A DNA stretch of 64,000 nucleotides from Amoebidium appalachense. Its lineage: Eukaryota; Protista; Ichthyosporea. The notes below the pieces were generated by a model that was given only the letters and a program-made list of their open reading frames with translations, was not told the DNA's origin and made no database searches. This document shows, in pieces, positions 36,962-51,439 of the stretch (its first letter is position 1; each line of letters begins with the position of its first letter). The position numbers were made by a program, and so were the translations under genes. The stretch is from positions 2,378,389-2,442,388 of the forward strand of contig CAVNZM010000004.1 of NCBI GenBank assembly GCA_963693365.1. The letters run 5' to 3'.

Positions 36962-37622
36962 CTGTGAAGCCTCAGGGACTAATAATGATCGATCTTGAAA
37001 TGCAGGAAGAGCACGCGATGACTTGCACACCCGAAAAGTTGATTCATTGAATGCAGCATTGAGCCTTAGTGCGGCATGTAAAGTGTTACCACCATGATAT
37101 ATTTGGCCCAAGGCCTCCTCTTAGGCCCCCCTCCCCTCCCTCACCCCTCCTCCTCCTCCTCCCCCCCCCCCCCCCCCCGTCCTCCTACACCCAAAACACA
37201 CACACGTACCAGCAGTACCATGACACACTCCGGGCTACAAACCCATTGTTACACCCATAGATAGGCCCGCACGAACACACACACAACGCAGCGTGCATAC
37301 ACACGTGCACAAACTCGAACACAGAGATGAACATTCGCAGGCACGTGCACAACCACACACATCCACAATTCACTTGCCGTACCCCATATGCTCACCTACC
37401 CACCTGCCCCCCCCCCCCCCCCCCCCCCCCCCCTTCCCCTCCCCCTTCCCCCCCCCCCCCCCCCCCCCCCGTTCCACACATGTACATGCCAACACATGCA
37501 AAAACACACACACACACACATGTACTCGAGTAAACCAGTGTGCTAATGACCAAATATTATGCCGTGATACACACACTCTCGCAGCACTGCATCATGGATC
37601 ACCCAGAAACTGAGTCGTCCTT

Positions 37623-37690
<68 letters not shown>

Positions 37691-37778
37691 ACCCAAAAAA
37701 AACCAACCAACAAAAAAAAAACCCCCAAAAAAAAACAAAACACCAACCACAATCCCCATCCGCTTCCCTCCCTCCCCC

Positions 37779-37839
<61 letters not shown>

Positions 37840-38504
37840 TGACACACACACTGGGGACCCACCAGGCCTTCTTTCACCGTCCAGCTATCATATATACCCC
37901 CTCACAGACCAATGTTTCTGCTTGTTTTCACGTGTTCACTTCCATTAGCTCCTGAATTCGCTCTGGCTCTGCCCAATTGTTTCTTAAACATCCTTTAATA
38001 GAAGATTTTCCCTAAAACTAAGAAGCGCTTACATGTAACAGTTATTAGGCCTTTTTTAGATACCCCTCTAAGCCACCTCCCCCCTCTCCCCCCCCCCCCC
38101 CCCCTCCTCCCCCCCTTCTACCCCCCCCCCCCCCCTCCCCCCCCCCCCCCCCCCTCTTGTCCATTACGCGCGCAAAGCAGCAACAGCCGCACACGTCTGC
38201 ACGGGTATACACATGCACAAGCACAGCACCGTGATTCACGTTGTCTATGTGATGCACGGTGCCACGGGAGCAATTCATCGTGCATCACGTATGGACATCA
38301 TGGACTACTTCTGACACCGTGCATTGCTTATTATCCTACTCTAAGTTTTTCAGCGCCTCTCGATCCCCAGCCATAGGCACACCATGCACCTATTAGATCT
38401 ATTCTTTATAAACAACCCCATGTTCGCTCTCCTCCCCCTCATTGGGTTCCTTACGGCCCCATTCCCATCCTCCCATCCTCCCCTTCCCCCTCCCCCCCCC
38501 AAAC

Positions 38505-38614
<110 letters not shown>

Positions 38615-38677
38615 CACACACATGCACACGCACACACACACAGCAGTTTGCGCGCGCACACACACACATATGCGTGT

Positions 38678-38718
<41 letters not shown>

Positions 38719-39917
38719 TAGAGAGAAAGAGAGGGAGGCACACACACAAGCATCTTTTATACAGGTCTAAATTAGGTCATGTCAATGACACGGCCTTTAA
38801 TAATGCATGCACCTACCCATAAAAAAAACTAAGGAAACTCCCCCAAAACACACCGTGGTACACACACACGTGCAGTACACACGCACCATGTACACACTCA
38901 TGCACGTACGCACACCCGCGCGCACGCACACGTGCACCCATGCACACATGCACGCACGCACGCACACACGCATGCACGAACACACGCACGCATACACCGA
39001 AAAACACATGAAACTCAGATTTTTCATAACCCGTGCCCATCCACCTAACGGCCCGCTCACAGCACACTCCCATGCACCCGCACGCACCTTGAAACGAGTG
39101 CGCACAAGCAACATACACACACACATGTACATGTCACGTACATGTACACCCATCCCGTTTCGCAGCACTGCATCGTGCCTCGCGGCACCTGGCACTAAAA
39201 AACCCCCCTCCCCTCCCCTCTCCCCCTCCTCCCCCCCCTCCCCCCCCCCCCCCTCCCCCCCCTTCCCCTCTCCTTTCACCCCATGCCCCCTGTCCCAGCC
39301 CCCCACCCCCCAAACAACCCCCTCTTCCCCCCGCCCCCCCACCCAGCACCACCACCACCCATCTCCTTCCCCCCAGTTACCCCTTGGGGCTTCACCCACA
39401 TTGTTTCCCACTCCTAAAATCCCAACCACTCTTCCATCTGAGCTGTTCTCGGTTTCTCGCCAGCCCTCCGTGGTAACTTACACGGCCGCGGCCTCGTTTC
39501 ATGTTTCACCTCACAGAAGAAACAGGAACGCCCTAAATTCTTATGCTGAGTCCACGTTAACGTTCACTGTGTTCGCTCTCTGTTTCACTCCACTATGTCC
39601 CTCTCGGTGTCGGCACCTAGCTGCATACGGAAAGCACCCGGCCCAGGTTCAAACCCGGCCCAGCACAGAGACAGTCTGCAGGAACTCCGGCCGGACCGGC
39701 CATGATTTTGAGGGACCATTTCAACTGATACATAGAAACAACTTGCTGATGTGTGAATAAAGAGTTTTTTGAATACGCCCAAGCTTGTAAAATTGCATGT
39801 AGCGTTAATTTTTTCTTTTTTTTAATAACTTTTGTTGAGACTTTTCTCCGTGAGCTTCGTCGTAATGCATACAGTATGACTTAGGTCTGTCGCACAGCTT
39901 GACAGCTGAGGCTCCTG

Positions 39918-39949
39918 CACGGCCATCTAGAAACACCTAGATGGCCGTG
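39918..39949. mobile_element. 32-bp miniature inverted-repeat element with 8-bp TSD
   Basis: ggctcctg|cacggccatctag-aaacac-ctagatggccgtg|ggctcctg: a perfect 13-bp inverted repeat and a perfect 8-bp direct flank. Confidence 0.7.
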
Positions 39950-41614
39950 GGCTCCTGAAAGTCCGCCCACGCACGGTCGGGGGAAATGGCGCGAAAGTTA
40001 AGTGCCAAAATTAGCCCATTGCGGAGGCGTTTGATTGGATCTTATGTGCAACTATGCACAAGCAGCGGCTTCAGGAGGGCCCAAGAAGGCTGAGTGCCTC
40101 GGTCTAAGCCTGCCTGGTACTGTACCAGCATGCTTTAAATAGGTTGCTAGGTAGAAAAACACAAATATTTTTTTTTCAGTGTACATTTGTTTTCTCGGCA
40201 CTTTGCAGCAGAGTCTCCATACCTACGTTGCAGAGTTTTAACCAGCAGGGGTACTGCTGTGATTGATTGGATATATATCACACTGGAATGTAGTGCTGAC
40301 GATAAATTAGCCTTTTAGCTTAAAATAGTTCTATTTTTTCCGATCTGATTCGACAAGACTTGAACGCAAACAAAAACTAAAGAAACGGATGCAGCGCAGC
40401 AGCAGCTGGCTGCAGTGCAAAGTACGTTGCACTGCACGTTGCACTTCCTGCTTACGGGGGTTGTGACATCAACACTGACACCAACTCTCCTTGACAGGGT
40501 CATATTATACCTATGCAGTGCTCGAAAGTTATAAATAATTCATGCTGATAAGTCCTGTGTCGCAGGTGTGGGTTTTATTTTCCCCCAAACATGGTACGTG
40601 CCATTCGTCACACTAAGTAAATGAGACGTTTGATAGACGACGATATATGTAGAGGCTGACTAGCTCAGGCGATCATGGGCGCATAGCCACGAACAGGACA
40701 GGTATGTGCATACGGGTACCCGCTATCACTTCAGAATCTCTCAAAGCGACACAGTCCCCAAGAAAAACGCCATAGTGGTTGAAAAATACCCTCTACCCCC
40801 TCGCCCCCCATCTCCTCCCCCCCCTATCCACCTCCCCCCTCCCCCCCCCCCTCTCCACCCCGCTCTCCCCTCCCCTCCCCATTCCCCTCCCCCCCCCCCC
40901 CCCTCCCCCCGTCCTCCCTCCCCCCTTCCCCCCTCCCCCCTCCCCACCCCCCTCCCGGCCCTTGAGCGTCGTCAACTACACGCATGTTGAGCACCTTGGT
41001 TGTTGCTCGCCTGCACTATCCCTCTGCCTTAACTCCCTTCTACTGCATGTGTAGAAACAAACGCAAGGGAGGGGCGCTCTGTCACTCTTCTTTCCCATGA
41101 ATCAAAGCAATAGCTACTCCTGGCTGCATTATAAGCGAGCACGCCTCAAGACATGTCGATGAGAGCGAGCTGTGAGGGCAGAAGGGGTTGGTGACGGGAA
41201 ATCTGGCTTTTGGGGAGCTATGTTATGGACAGAAGGAACAGCATTTTAGCTGACACCCTACCACCCCGCAGGTTCACAGGGTGTATTGTGTGCAGCTTCT
41301 TTGGCACAGGTGTGTATTTTTGGGCGCTTATGACATTTAAGAGAGAGCCCCCCCCCCCCCCCCCCCCAAACCACACACAAGCACACATATATCTCCCCCC
41401 CCCCCCCCCCCCCCCCCCCTCTTCCCCCCACTTACCTCGGGGCTGACTATGTCTTGCTCAGCATTTGCCCGCTTTTTTTGTTTGCCTCGGCTGCTTATTC
41501 CTGTGCAGCAACTCCCCCCTCCCCCCTCCCCCCCCCCCCCTCTCCCTCCCGCGCAAGTGCCGTCCCCGCTCCCCCCTCCCCCCAGCTCCCCTCCAACACA
41601 CATGCACACACACC

Positions 41615-41666
<52 letters not shown>

Positions 41667-42118
41667 TTCATCTGTCTACCTCCATGCTGCCCTGTGTTTG
41701 CGCTGGTGGCAGGGTTTTGACTGCCCACGTGTCACAGGAAGAATCTTGAAACTCCCTTTCATGCCTCTCGCCTCAGCCTATGTTTCATGATAAATGTTTT
41801 TAACCGAAGTCTATGTCTCATGAAGAGAAGTGCCTGTGCCTCCCCTCTTGTGTTGTTGCATTATCTCTGCCCCATATCTTCCTTAACCACGACCTAGGAG
41901 TCATTCTGCTTTGCTTGGCACCTAGCCCCTCCGTTCCCTAATCTCCTCCGAAACCTTTCCTCTTTAACCTTCACTCTCTCCTTTGGCCCACATACACATA
42001 CACACATACCCACGGATTCATGCACACCTACTTCTGTCCGTGCCAGCTCAACAACAACACCACTCTACTCACTAATTTCTCTCTGTTCCATTCAGGAAGC
42101 CCATTTTCCGTTTTCAAA

Positions 42119-42746
42119 ATGAAGTCAAAACAAACTTCCCCTCGACCGGAAACCAGCCGGCCGCGGGGATTGTCGCTCCAACAAGACACTCTCCCTAAAG
42201 AAATCAGTATAACACCAACCAGTGACCACCTACCAGCCACCCCAATGACTAGACGAGCAACCGATCCTGCTAGTACAACACCAGACGAAAACACAAACAC
42301 ACAACGAACGGACCTTCTCTCTGCCAGCGTAACCTCCATGTCTTCCCTGTCCCCTAGCGAACTGCTTACAATGTCATTTTCGCCCAATTCGAGCCCTCGT
42401 ATGCGAAGGTTTACCGGTCCTCCGGCAGCGGGTGGGTATGCGATAACTTCAGAAGATGAAGATGAAGATATTGCTGGGTCGGACGGGGAGGGAAAGGACG
42501 GTCTAGACACGCAAAATCCGAATTTCAACACGAAAAACGAAACAGGCGGGCTGGCTCACCAGTTCAAAAACGTCACTTTCACCAAGCCGACGTGGTGTGG
42601 GTTTTGCCGGAATATGGTGTGGGGCCTGGCCAAGCAGGGACAGAAGTGTAGTACGTGCGGGTATGTGTGCCACACACGGTGCAGGAATATGGTCGAGGCA
42701 AATGAAAAATGCAAGCCCCCGGACATAACAACGTAGGTGCCTTGCA

Positions 42747-42777
<31 letters not shown>

Positions 42778-42805
42778 TGTGTGTGTGTGTGTGCGTGCGC
42801 GTGTA

Positions 42806-42870
<65 letters not shown>

Positions 42871-42876
42871 CCTTTT

Positions 42877-42907
<31 letters not shown>

Positions 42908-43986
42908 GGTCAATGTAATCCTTGCCCCCCCCCCCCCCCTCCCTTCTCCCCCTCTTGGAGGCCCAAAAGCACCCACATGAGCCCACCTCCCCTCTCTTGA
43001 ATGTTACGGCCACTCACCCCTTTCAACTCCCAGCACACTCGCGGGCGCGCGCGCACACACACACACGCACGCACGCACACATGCATGCACGCACACATGC
43101 GCAAAACCACACACACACACACACACACAGACAGACATAGACATTAACACGTGTGTGTTGCCCTCACTCAGTGTACCTGTTATGCACTCCCCCCTACCCC
43201 CCCTACCCCCCCCCCTCGTCTCCGTGTAACCGCCCCCTCCCCTCCCCTCTTCCCCCCCCCTCCTCCTGGGACCCCCTCCCCCCCTTCCCCCGTATCCCTC
43301 TCCCCTCGGGGAGCCAAAACCACGCAGCTACCTTTGTACACACATGAACCCACCTTAATCCCTGACCTTTTTACTTTCCTCTCTTCTCCCATCCCCCCCC
43401 TCCCTCCCCCTCGTTCCCCCTTCCTTTTTGATTGGCTTGTTTACTTGGGTATGCTGGATGCCTTCGCCCCCCCCCCCCCCCCCCCCCCCTCCCCCCTCCC
43501 CCCTTTACCACCTCTTTCTGACCGGTCCCCACCTCCTGTTTATCCGCCCCCCCCCCCCCCCCCCCCCCCAAACACCCACCCACCCACCCACCCACCTTTC
43601 ACGCACCAAGTGTTGAAACCCACTTTCTTTGCAGAGGCATATAGGCCACCTTGATGAGGGTTTTGTTTAAACGTCTCGTTCTGCGCATTTGTCTGTTTTC
43701 TGTTCGCTCTTTTGGTTTGTTGCCCTGTATACCTGAACTTGTTTGTTTCCACCTTCATTGCATGGAAATCCCCCCCCCCCCCCCCCCCTTCCTTCCTCCG
43801 TCCCTCCTCTCTCTTCCCCTCCTCCCTCATTATGTCCCGCCTCCCCTCTCCCCTCCCCACCCATTTCCCTTTCCCTCCCTCTCCTCCCCACTCACTCTTC
43901 CTCACTCCCCCCTCCCACCCACCCTTCCATCCACCCATCCACCCCCCCCCCCCCCCCCCCTCCGGCTCCCTATTCTCGCTCCCCCC

Positions 43987-44017
<31 letters not shown>

Positions 44018-44414
44018 ACACATGCACACAGCCCACTTCTTCCCCTCTTTTTCCTTCGAAAAATCCTTGCCCTTACTCTTTTGCTCCACCCTTTCTTCGG
44101 TCTGCCCCAGGACTCGTCACAATTCGAACTTAACGGGAAAAGTGCTTCCAAAATACAGTCTTAAACATATTCTCCACACTACTTTCCTACGCTCGCATTG
44201 ATTTGTACTTATCCATAACCACTTTCTCTGAGCAGGGACGAACAGCCAGGCGACACAGGGCGTAAAACTCACATGTGGCAACAGAGACACTTCAGTGTGC
44301 CGACGTTTTGCAATCAGTGCCAGAAGATGCTCTATGGGGTGGGCAAGCAGGGCTCGAGGTGCTATTTCTGTGGCACCGTGGCACATCAGGGGTGTAAGGC
44401 TGAGGTAGGTGTGA

Positions 44415-44454
<40 letters not shown>

Positions 44455-45382
44455 TGTGTGTGTGTGTGCTTGTAGATGTACGTGTATACATACACACGTG
44501 CACACAAACATACGTGTACACAAAGATTACTGGCACACAAGCACATGTGTACACAAATACACGGGCCACAAACACGTGCATACAGACACACGTGTGCAAG
44601 GGTGCATATGCTCATACCCACAGGCACACCTTCATGCACGTATGCGAGTGTGTGGACATGCACACACATCCGCGCGTCCATATACACACACACACAATTG
44701 CGTGCATACACGCATTTGCGCACGCACGGACATAAGCACACCCACACCCACGAGCACACACAAGCATGCACACATATGGCACCTTGTTTCGAGATGCAAC
44801 CATGCACTCACACACGTGTCTAAATGTCAGCATGCATGCACACATCCATGTTAGGGATTGGTGTAAGTGCTCTCCCGTGAGTGTACCTGACCCATAGATT
44901 CCACACCAGACATAAGATTATTTCCACGCACAATTCGTACAGACACGAATCCCCCCCCCCCCCCCCCCCCCCCCCCCCACCCCAAAACACACACACAAAC
45001 ACACACACCTACACACAACACAACAACACTCAAGTGCATGCGGATGTGTGCACTTGACTGCATGTCCATCTTGCCCCCTTCCCAATTACCTTTCTCCTGG
45101 TGTTTGCTTGAACATGTGATATTGTTGAATCCCCCCTCCCTACCCTCCCCTGCCCGCACCTTCACACACCACTTACAGCCTGCCCCTTGTCCCATCCCCC
45201 CTTCTCCCTCTTGCTGTCCTGGCACCGTTCTCCGTTCCCATTGTCCCCCCTCCCCCCTCCCCCCTCCCCCCTTCCCCTCAATAAAAATGAACCACCTTTC
45301 TTTATCACATAACCTCAGGTTCCATTCCTGCGTGATGTTGCCCTGTCCTATAGGTCGTGTGTCCCTTTTCCTGACTGTGTAC

Positions 45383-45423
<41 letters not shown>

Positions 45424-46609
45424 TTCTTCCCACCTCCCCCCCCTCACCCCCCCAAACACACACACACACACATTAGCTTGACAGCCAGGGTGTGCCCTGC
45501 AAGCACGGCTACCTTCCAGCCGATGACCCGCACACAGAGACTGTGTGCCAGTGGGTCAGCGGCAATGTCTCCTCATGGTACCCCCCTTGCTTGGTGAGCC
45601 CCCCCCCCTCCCTCCCCACCCCCCTAACCCCCCGGGTCCCCCCCCCCCCCCCCCCCCGTGGCCCCGTCCCCCTCTCTTCCCGACAGTCTCATGTCTTTCT
45701 GCAATATGTCTCAATGTTTTGTGACCCCCCCCTTCCCCCCTCCCCCCCCCCCCCCCCCCCTCCTTCGTTCTTCCCGGGAGCCTGTCCCTCACCGCTTCCC
45801 TGTCGGTTGCTTTGATGGGTTTTGTGGGCTTTTCAGAATGTGATCTTTTTCTGTTGTGGCTTCTCCTCCCATGCTATGTACCCCCCTCCCCCCCCCCCCC
45901 CCCCCCCTCCCCCCCCTCCCCCCCTTCCCCAGGATCCTTGTTCACCCCCCTTCATTCCCACCCTCAGGACTGCCGCAAGCCAGTGAGTAGCAGTCTAAGT
46001 CTGAGTGGCTACCGCTGTGTGTGGTGCAAGGACACAGTGCACGACAAATGCATGCAGGGCACACACAGGGTGAGGGTGTGCCCCCTAGGCCCCTACAGAG
46101 GTGCCATTGTGCCTCCCTCGTGGGTCCGCAGACTCGACCTCTCGGTATTTCCTCCCCTGATATCTCCCTCTATCCCTCCCTCCCCCCCCCCCTCCCCCCC
46201 CCCCCCCCCCCCCCCCTCCCCTCCCCCCCCCCCTCCCCTCCCCCTCCCCCCTCCCCCCCCCCCCTCCCCTCCTTCAGTAGACGCCCGCCTAACTCGCCCC
46301 CACTCTCCCCCCCCCCCCCCCCCCCCTCCCCCCACTCCTTGCCCCTCCCACCCCCCAGGGCCCAACCAAAAAGGAAAGAAAGAACGAAACACTCCGACAT
46401 GCATGGGCACACACACACACAAACCCATTGCACACAAACGCCCACACACACAGATGCAGGCAGACAGACAGCCATGTAATAAGACATGCACACGCATGAG
46501 TGCACAACATACAGACGTACGTGTCACACACCTTCTCCCGTACGCCCACCTCCGAAATCCAACACATGCACGTGTACACCTTGCTTCTGCCCTGCCCCCC
46601 CCCTCCCCG

Positions 46610-46649
<40 letters not shown>

Positions 46650-47697
46650 ATAGAACCCCACAACCGATTGCACAAACCCAACCATTCATATTCTCCGCTG
46701 TAGCATTAAGACCATTGTTTCTGAATGGTAGTTTCTAAAGCCATTAACACACCCTAATTATTACCTTCATATAAACAGGGGGGAGAACACCAATACATCC
46801 TGCGCCCACCAGCGAAGCTCGATTTAGACCACCAACCGGTAGCCGTGTTTATCAATCGGCGTAGTGGGGGGCAGGCAGGCCGCAAGGTGTACCGGGCCAT
46901 GTGTGGATTTCTTAACCCCGTGCAGGTGTTTGACTTGGGAGAGGGTGGGCCGGAGCGCGGTTTGAACCTGTTTTTGGTATGTATGCCTGCCCCCCCCCCC
47001 CCCCCCCCCCACCCCCCACACACACATACACAGACACACTCCCCCCTCCCCCCATTCCGCCCCTCACTTCACCCCCCTATTTCCGGCTGACATCCGGGGG
47101 CATAGCTTTCCGTTCGAAGACGATAAAGTTCCGCCCTAGTAAGCGTATTACTACCCTGCGGCGTGGGTCAAATCTCATATTTTCCCCTCTGATTGCGAAT
47201 TCTGCGGCCTTCGGGACTTAATCTTTTCAGCTGGTGTAGTATGTTAGCCAGGGAAGTATCGACTTAGGTATCGACGGGGGAGCTTCCTAGAAGCCCCGTC
47301 TCCTGAGTTCCTATCTATATTTTTCTTGCTTCTGCTTACTGCTGCAACTTTAACCCCCGGCCTTTCCCACTGCCCTTGCCTGCATAAGCAACCCTGCTCG
47401 TCTCTGATCAAGACGGGTGACCTACTCATGTTCAAGTGAAACATTATCTGAGTTGGGTTTCGTTAACGAGGGGAATAGGTCGAAACTCGGATACTGTGGA
47501 TGACGTGGGCCCCCCCTGAGGATGGGCTCTGCTTATTATGCATACTCTTTATGTATGGCTTGCATTCTGCATCGTGTTATCCGTTTGTTCTTGTGTACTT
47601 CGTACTTTTTGACGCATTCAACCCCCCCCCCCCCCCCCCCCCCCCTCCCCCCCCCTCGTTGCCCCGTGCCAAAAGCTCAATTCTGCAAACCCCCCCC

Positions 47698-47735
<38 letters not shown>

Positions 47736-47971
47736 CCCCGCCTTCCCTTGATATCTCCCGCCCCCTCACCTGCCTCTCCTCTTACCCACCTTTTGCTTGC
47801 CCAGGGACCCCTACATTCTCCCCAAATTTCTAAAATTTTCTAACCCCCGGTGGGCACGCAGAAAAACCTACCACGGTGCCGGGTGTTGGCCTGTGGGGGG
47901 GATGGCACGGCTGGGTGGCTGCTCTCTGCCCTCGACAAAACAGAAACCCCGGGGGTTCCACGGGTAAAAAT

Positions 47972-48007
<36 letters not shown>

Positions 48008-48078
48008 CCCCCTCGCCCCCCTTCCCCCCCATGCCTGTCTAATGCATCCGCAAAGAGACACATCACACACGTATGCGA

Positions 48079-48112
<34 letters not shown>

Positions 48113-48630
48113 CTTTTTGAAAACACACACGGTGTAGCATTTCTTTCCTTTATTGTTCCCTCTCTCTGATACTTCCTCTCTTCCCCCCCCCCCCCCCCCC
48201 CCCCGGGTGACCTACTCATGTTCAAGTGAAACAGTATCTGAGTTGGGTTTCGTTAACGAGGGGAATAGGTCGAAACTCGGGTACTGTGGATGACGTGGGC
48301 CCCCCCTGAGGATGGGCTCTGCTTATTATGCATACTCTTTATGTATGGCTTGCATTCTGCATCGTGTTATCCGTTTGTTCTTGTGTACTTCGTACTTTTT
48401 GACGCATTCAAACCCCCCCCCCCCCCCCCCCCCCCCCTCCCCCTCGTCTCTCGCTCTAACGTGGTGTATGTGCTTTAAAACTAAAACGGCAACGAAGTGG
48501 TTGTGCATTTGTTGGTAAGGGAGATAGATGAAATGGGGTTGGTGGAGGGTGTGGATGTTTCGGTGGGTGGGGGGGTAGGTAATGAGGTGTGTGAATGGAT
48601 TTTTTTCTTTTCTTTTTTTCTTTTTTTCTT

Positions 48631-48661
<31 letters not shown>

Positions 48662-49225
48662 GGGGGGGAGGGGGGGGGGGGGGGGGGGGGGAGGGAGCGA
48701 CAGATAGAGAGCGACAGAGAGATCGAGAGGGAGAGGGAGCGGGAAAGAGATAGGAGAGCAGAGGGGTGGTGTTTGATTGAGCTGGAGGGAGACAAAACCA
48801 AGAGATAGACAGGCGAGGGAGAGGACGAGGGGGGAGCAGGAGAGAGAGAGTGAGTGAGAGTGAAAGAGAAAGTGTGTGTGTGTCTGATGGGGGGGGGGGG
48901 GGTGGAGTTGGGGGGAGGTGGAGAGAACGGGCAGTATAGTATGGGGGGGGTCGATTTGTTTTCTTGGCTCATGACAACCTGTGGTTGCTGCAGCCAGCAC
49001 TGGGGGTGATTCCACTGGGTACCGGCAATGATCTGGCTCGGACCTTGGGCTGGGGTAGTGGATACAACGGTGAATCGGTGAGGACACTACTGGACCAACT
49101 ACAGGTGTGTGGTATTGCCTACCTAAACCCTAAACAGTGTACACACACACACACACACATGCAAATGTGCATAACCATACACACATGCACACACAGACAA
49201 ACACAAGCGCATGCACGCGCTCGCG

Positions 49226-49258
<33 letters not shown>

Positions 49259-49564
49259 GTACACACACACAGACTACCATGCACACTTGCACACATGTAC
49301 AAGCACACACATACGCACGTACACACACACACATGATTACACACACACACGCACACTGCCATGCACACTTGCACGCATGTACAAGCACACATAGGCACGC
49401 GCCCAAACATCATGTGCACATGGGCGGATGGAAAACACAGACACACGCGATCACACACAGTTACGTAACAGTGCAAACTATACACACAAACGAATGCACG
49501 CACATAATATCAGAGTTGTCCGCCTACATGATGTCCGCCTACATTCACACACAGCACGCCTCAC

Positions 49565-49603
<39 letters not shown>

Positions 49604-49845
49604 AATACCCACATATGCACGTGTACACTCAGCAAAAAAACTGTGCCCGCACGCTCATACGCACAGATACGCCCCCACACACACAAACCCACACACATCT
49701 TTGCGCATCCGTGGACACACGCACACACACACACACACACATTAACGGGGTGGAAACTTGTGCCTGTGCACAGACATATGGACGTGCACATATGAATGGG
49801 TGAGCGGGTGTGTGCACGCGGGCGCGCGCGCACACACACGCACAC

Positions 49846-49888
<43 letters not shown>

Positions 49889-50033
49889 AACTGACACACA
49901 GGTTCAGTAAATACCCATTTGCACCACATTCGCAGGTTTGCCCATATCACACAGCACAATATCTATAGAAGTACACACATACACTGACTCACTCACGACC
50001 CCTCTGCCCCCCTCCTCCCCATAACAGAACACA

Positions 50034-50080
<47 letters not shown>

Positions 50081-50409
50081 CGCTCAGAGGTGCGCATGAT
50101 GGACCGGTGGAAGATATCCATTGGGCCCAGCAGGGATGATCTCAAGCACGTGTTCACAATGAACAACTACTTCAGTCTGGGCATCGATGCAAAAATAGCT
50201 CTCAGCTTTCATCTGGCAAGGTTTCAGCCCCCCCCCCCTCCCCCCCCCTTTTCCCCCAAATACACACACACACACACACATACCTGCCCCATCCCACGCC
50301 ACCCCATTCCAACCACCACCACCATCACTACCACCACCACTCCCCCTCCCCCCCTTCCACCCCCCCCCCCCCCCCCCCCCCCTCCCCACCCCCCAAACAC
50401 ACACGCACG

Positions 50410-50486
<77 letters not shown>

Positions 50487-50553
50487 AAGAGGGAATGAAC
50501 AGTTGGGCACACATGCATGCACGAAAGCAAACAAACATGCGCCCGCACACGCG

Positions 50554-50605
<52 letters not shown>

Positions 50606-51381
50606 CAACACCATGACCAATTCTTGTCCCGTCACTTTTGCTCCAGAGCTGTTCAATGGTGTGCACAGTGTGTTCATTTTGTCCTGTTGATTATTTCGAA
50701 TTAGCTCGGTGGAGGTAATTTGGCGTGGAAACTGTATACGCCAATATATCGTCATTATATCCACCATTAGGATGTTGCATGGGTTCCGTTACACTGTTAT
50801 CTTTTTTCGTTGCTAACTTGTAATAAAGCGCTCTGTCCCTAGATTTTCCCCCTTCTTTTTTTCCCCGGGCGACCGGCCAGGAATAAGACATCTGACTTAA
50901 GCAATGTAACTGCTTTGTTCTGACTGTGTGATTTCCACACAGGGAGCGCCACCAGCAGTGGTTCAAAAATAGAACCGCAAACAAGATTATATACGCCGGC
51001 CTGGGTGCGAAGGAAATGTTCGATGGTTTGTATCCCCCCTTCCCCCCCCCTCCCCCCCCTCCCCCCGTCTCCCTTCCATGTGTACTTTTTACTCTGTGCC
51101 CCCCCCCCCCCCCCCCCGGTCCCCCCCCCCCCCCCTCCCCCCCCCCCCCCCACCACCACCACCCCCCAAACCCCAATCCCCACCCCCATCTCCCTTCCCC
51201 CTCAGACATACACATCAATACTGACTGTTTGTTTCAAAATGTCTCGCTTGGGGCTTCCCCAAGAAGATGGTTGTAGAATTCTGATCTAACTCCGTTCTTT
51301 TCTTGCCAAGCACACAGGAGTCTGTTCTTAATGCGCCCCCCCTCCCGCCTCCCCCTCCCCTCCTCTTCCCCTTCCACACCG

Positions 51382-51439
<58 letters not shown>

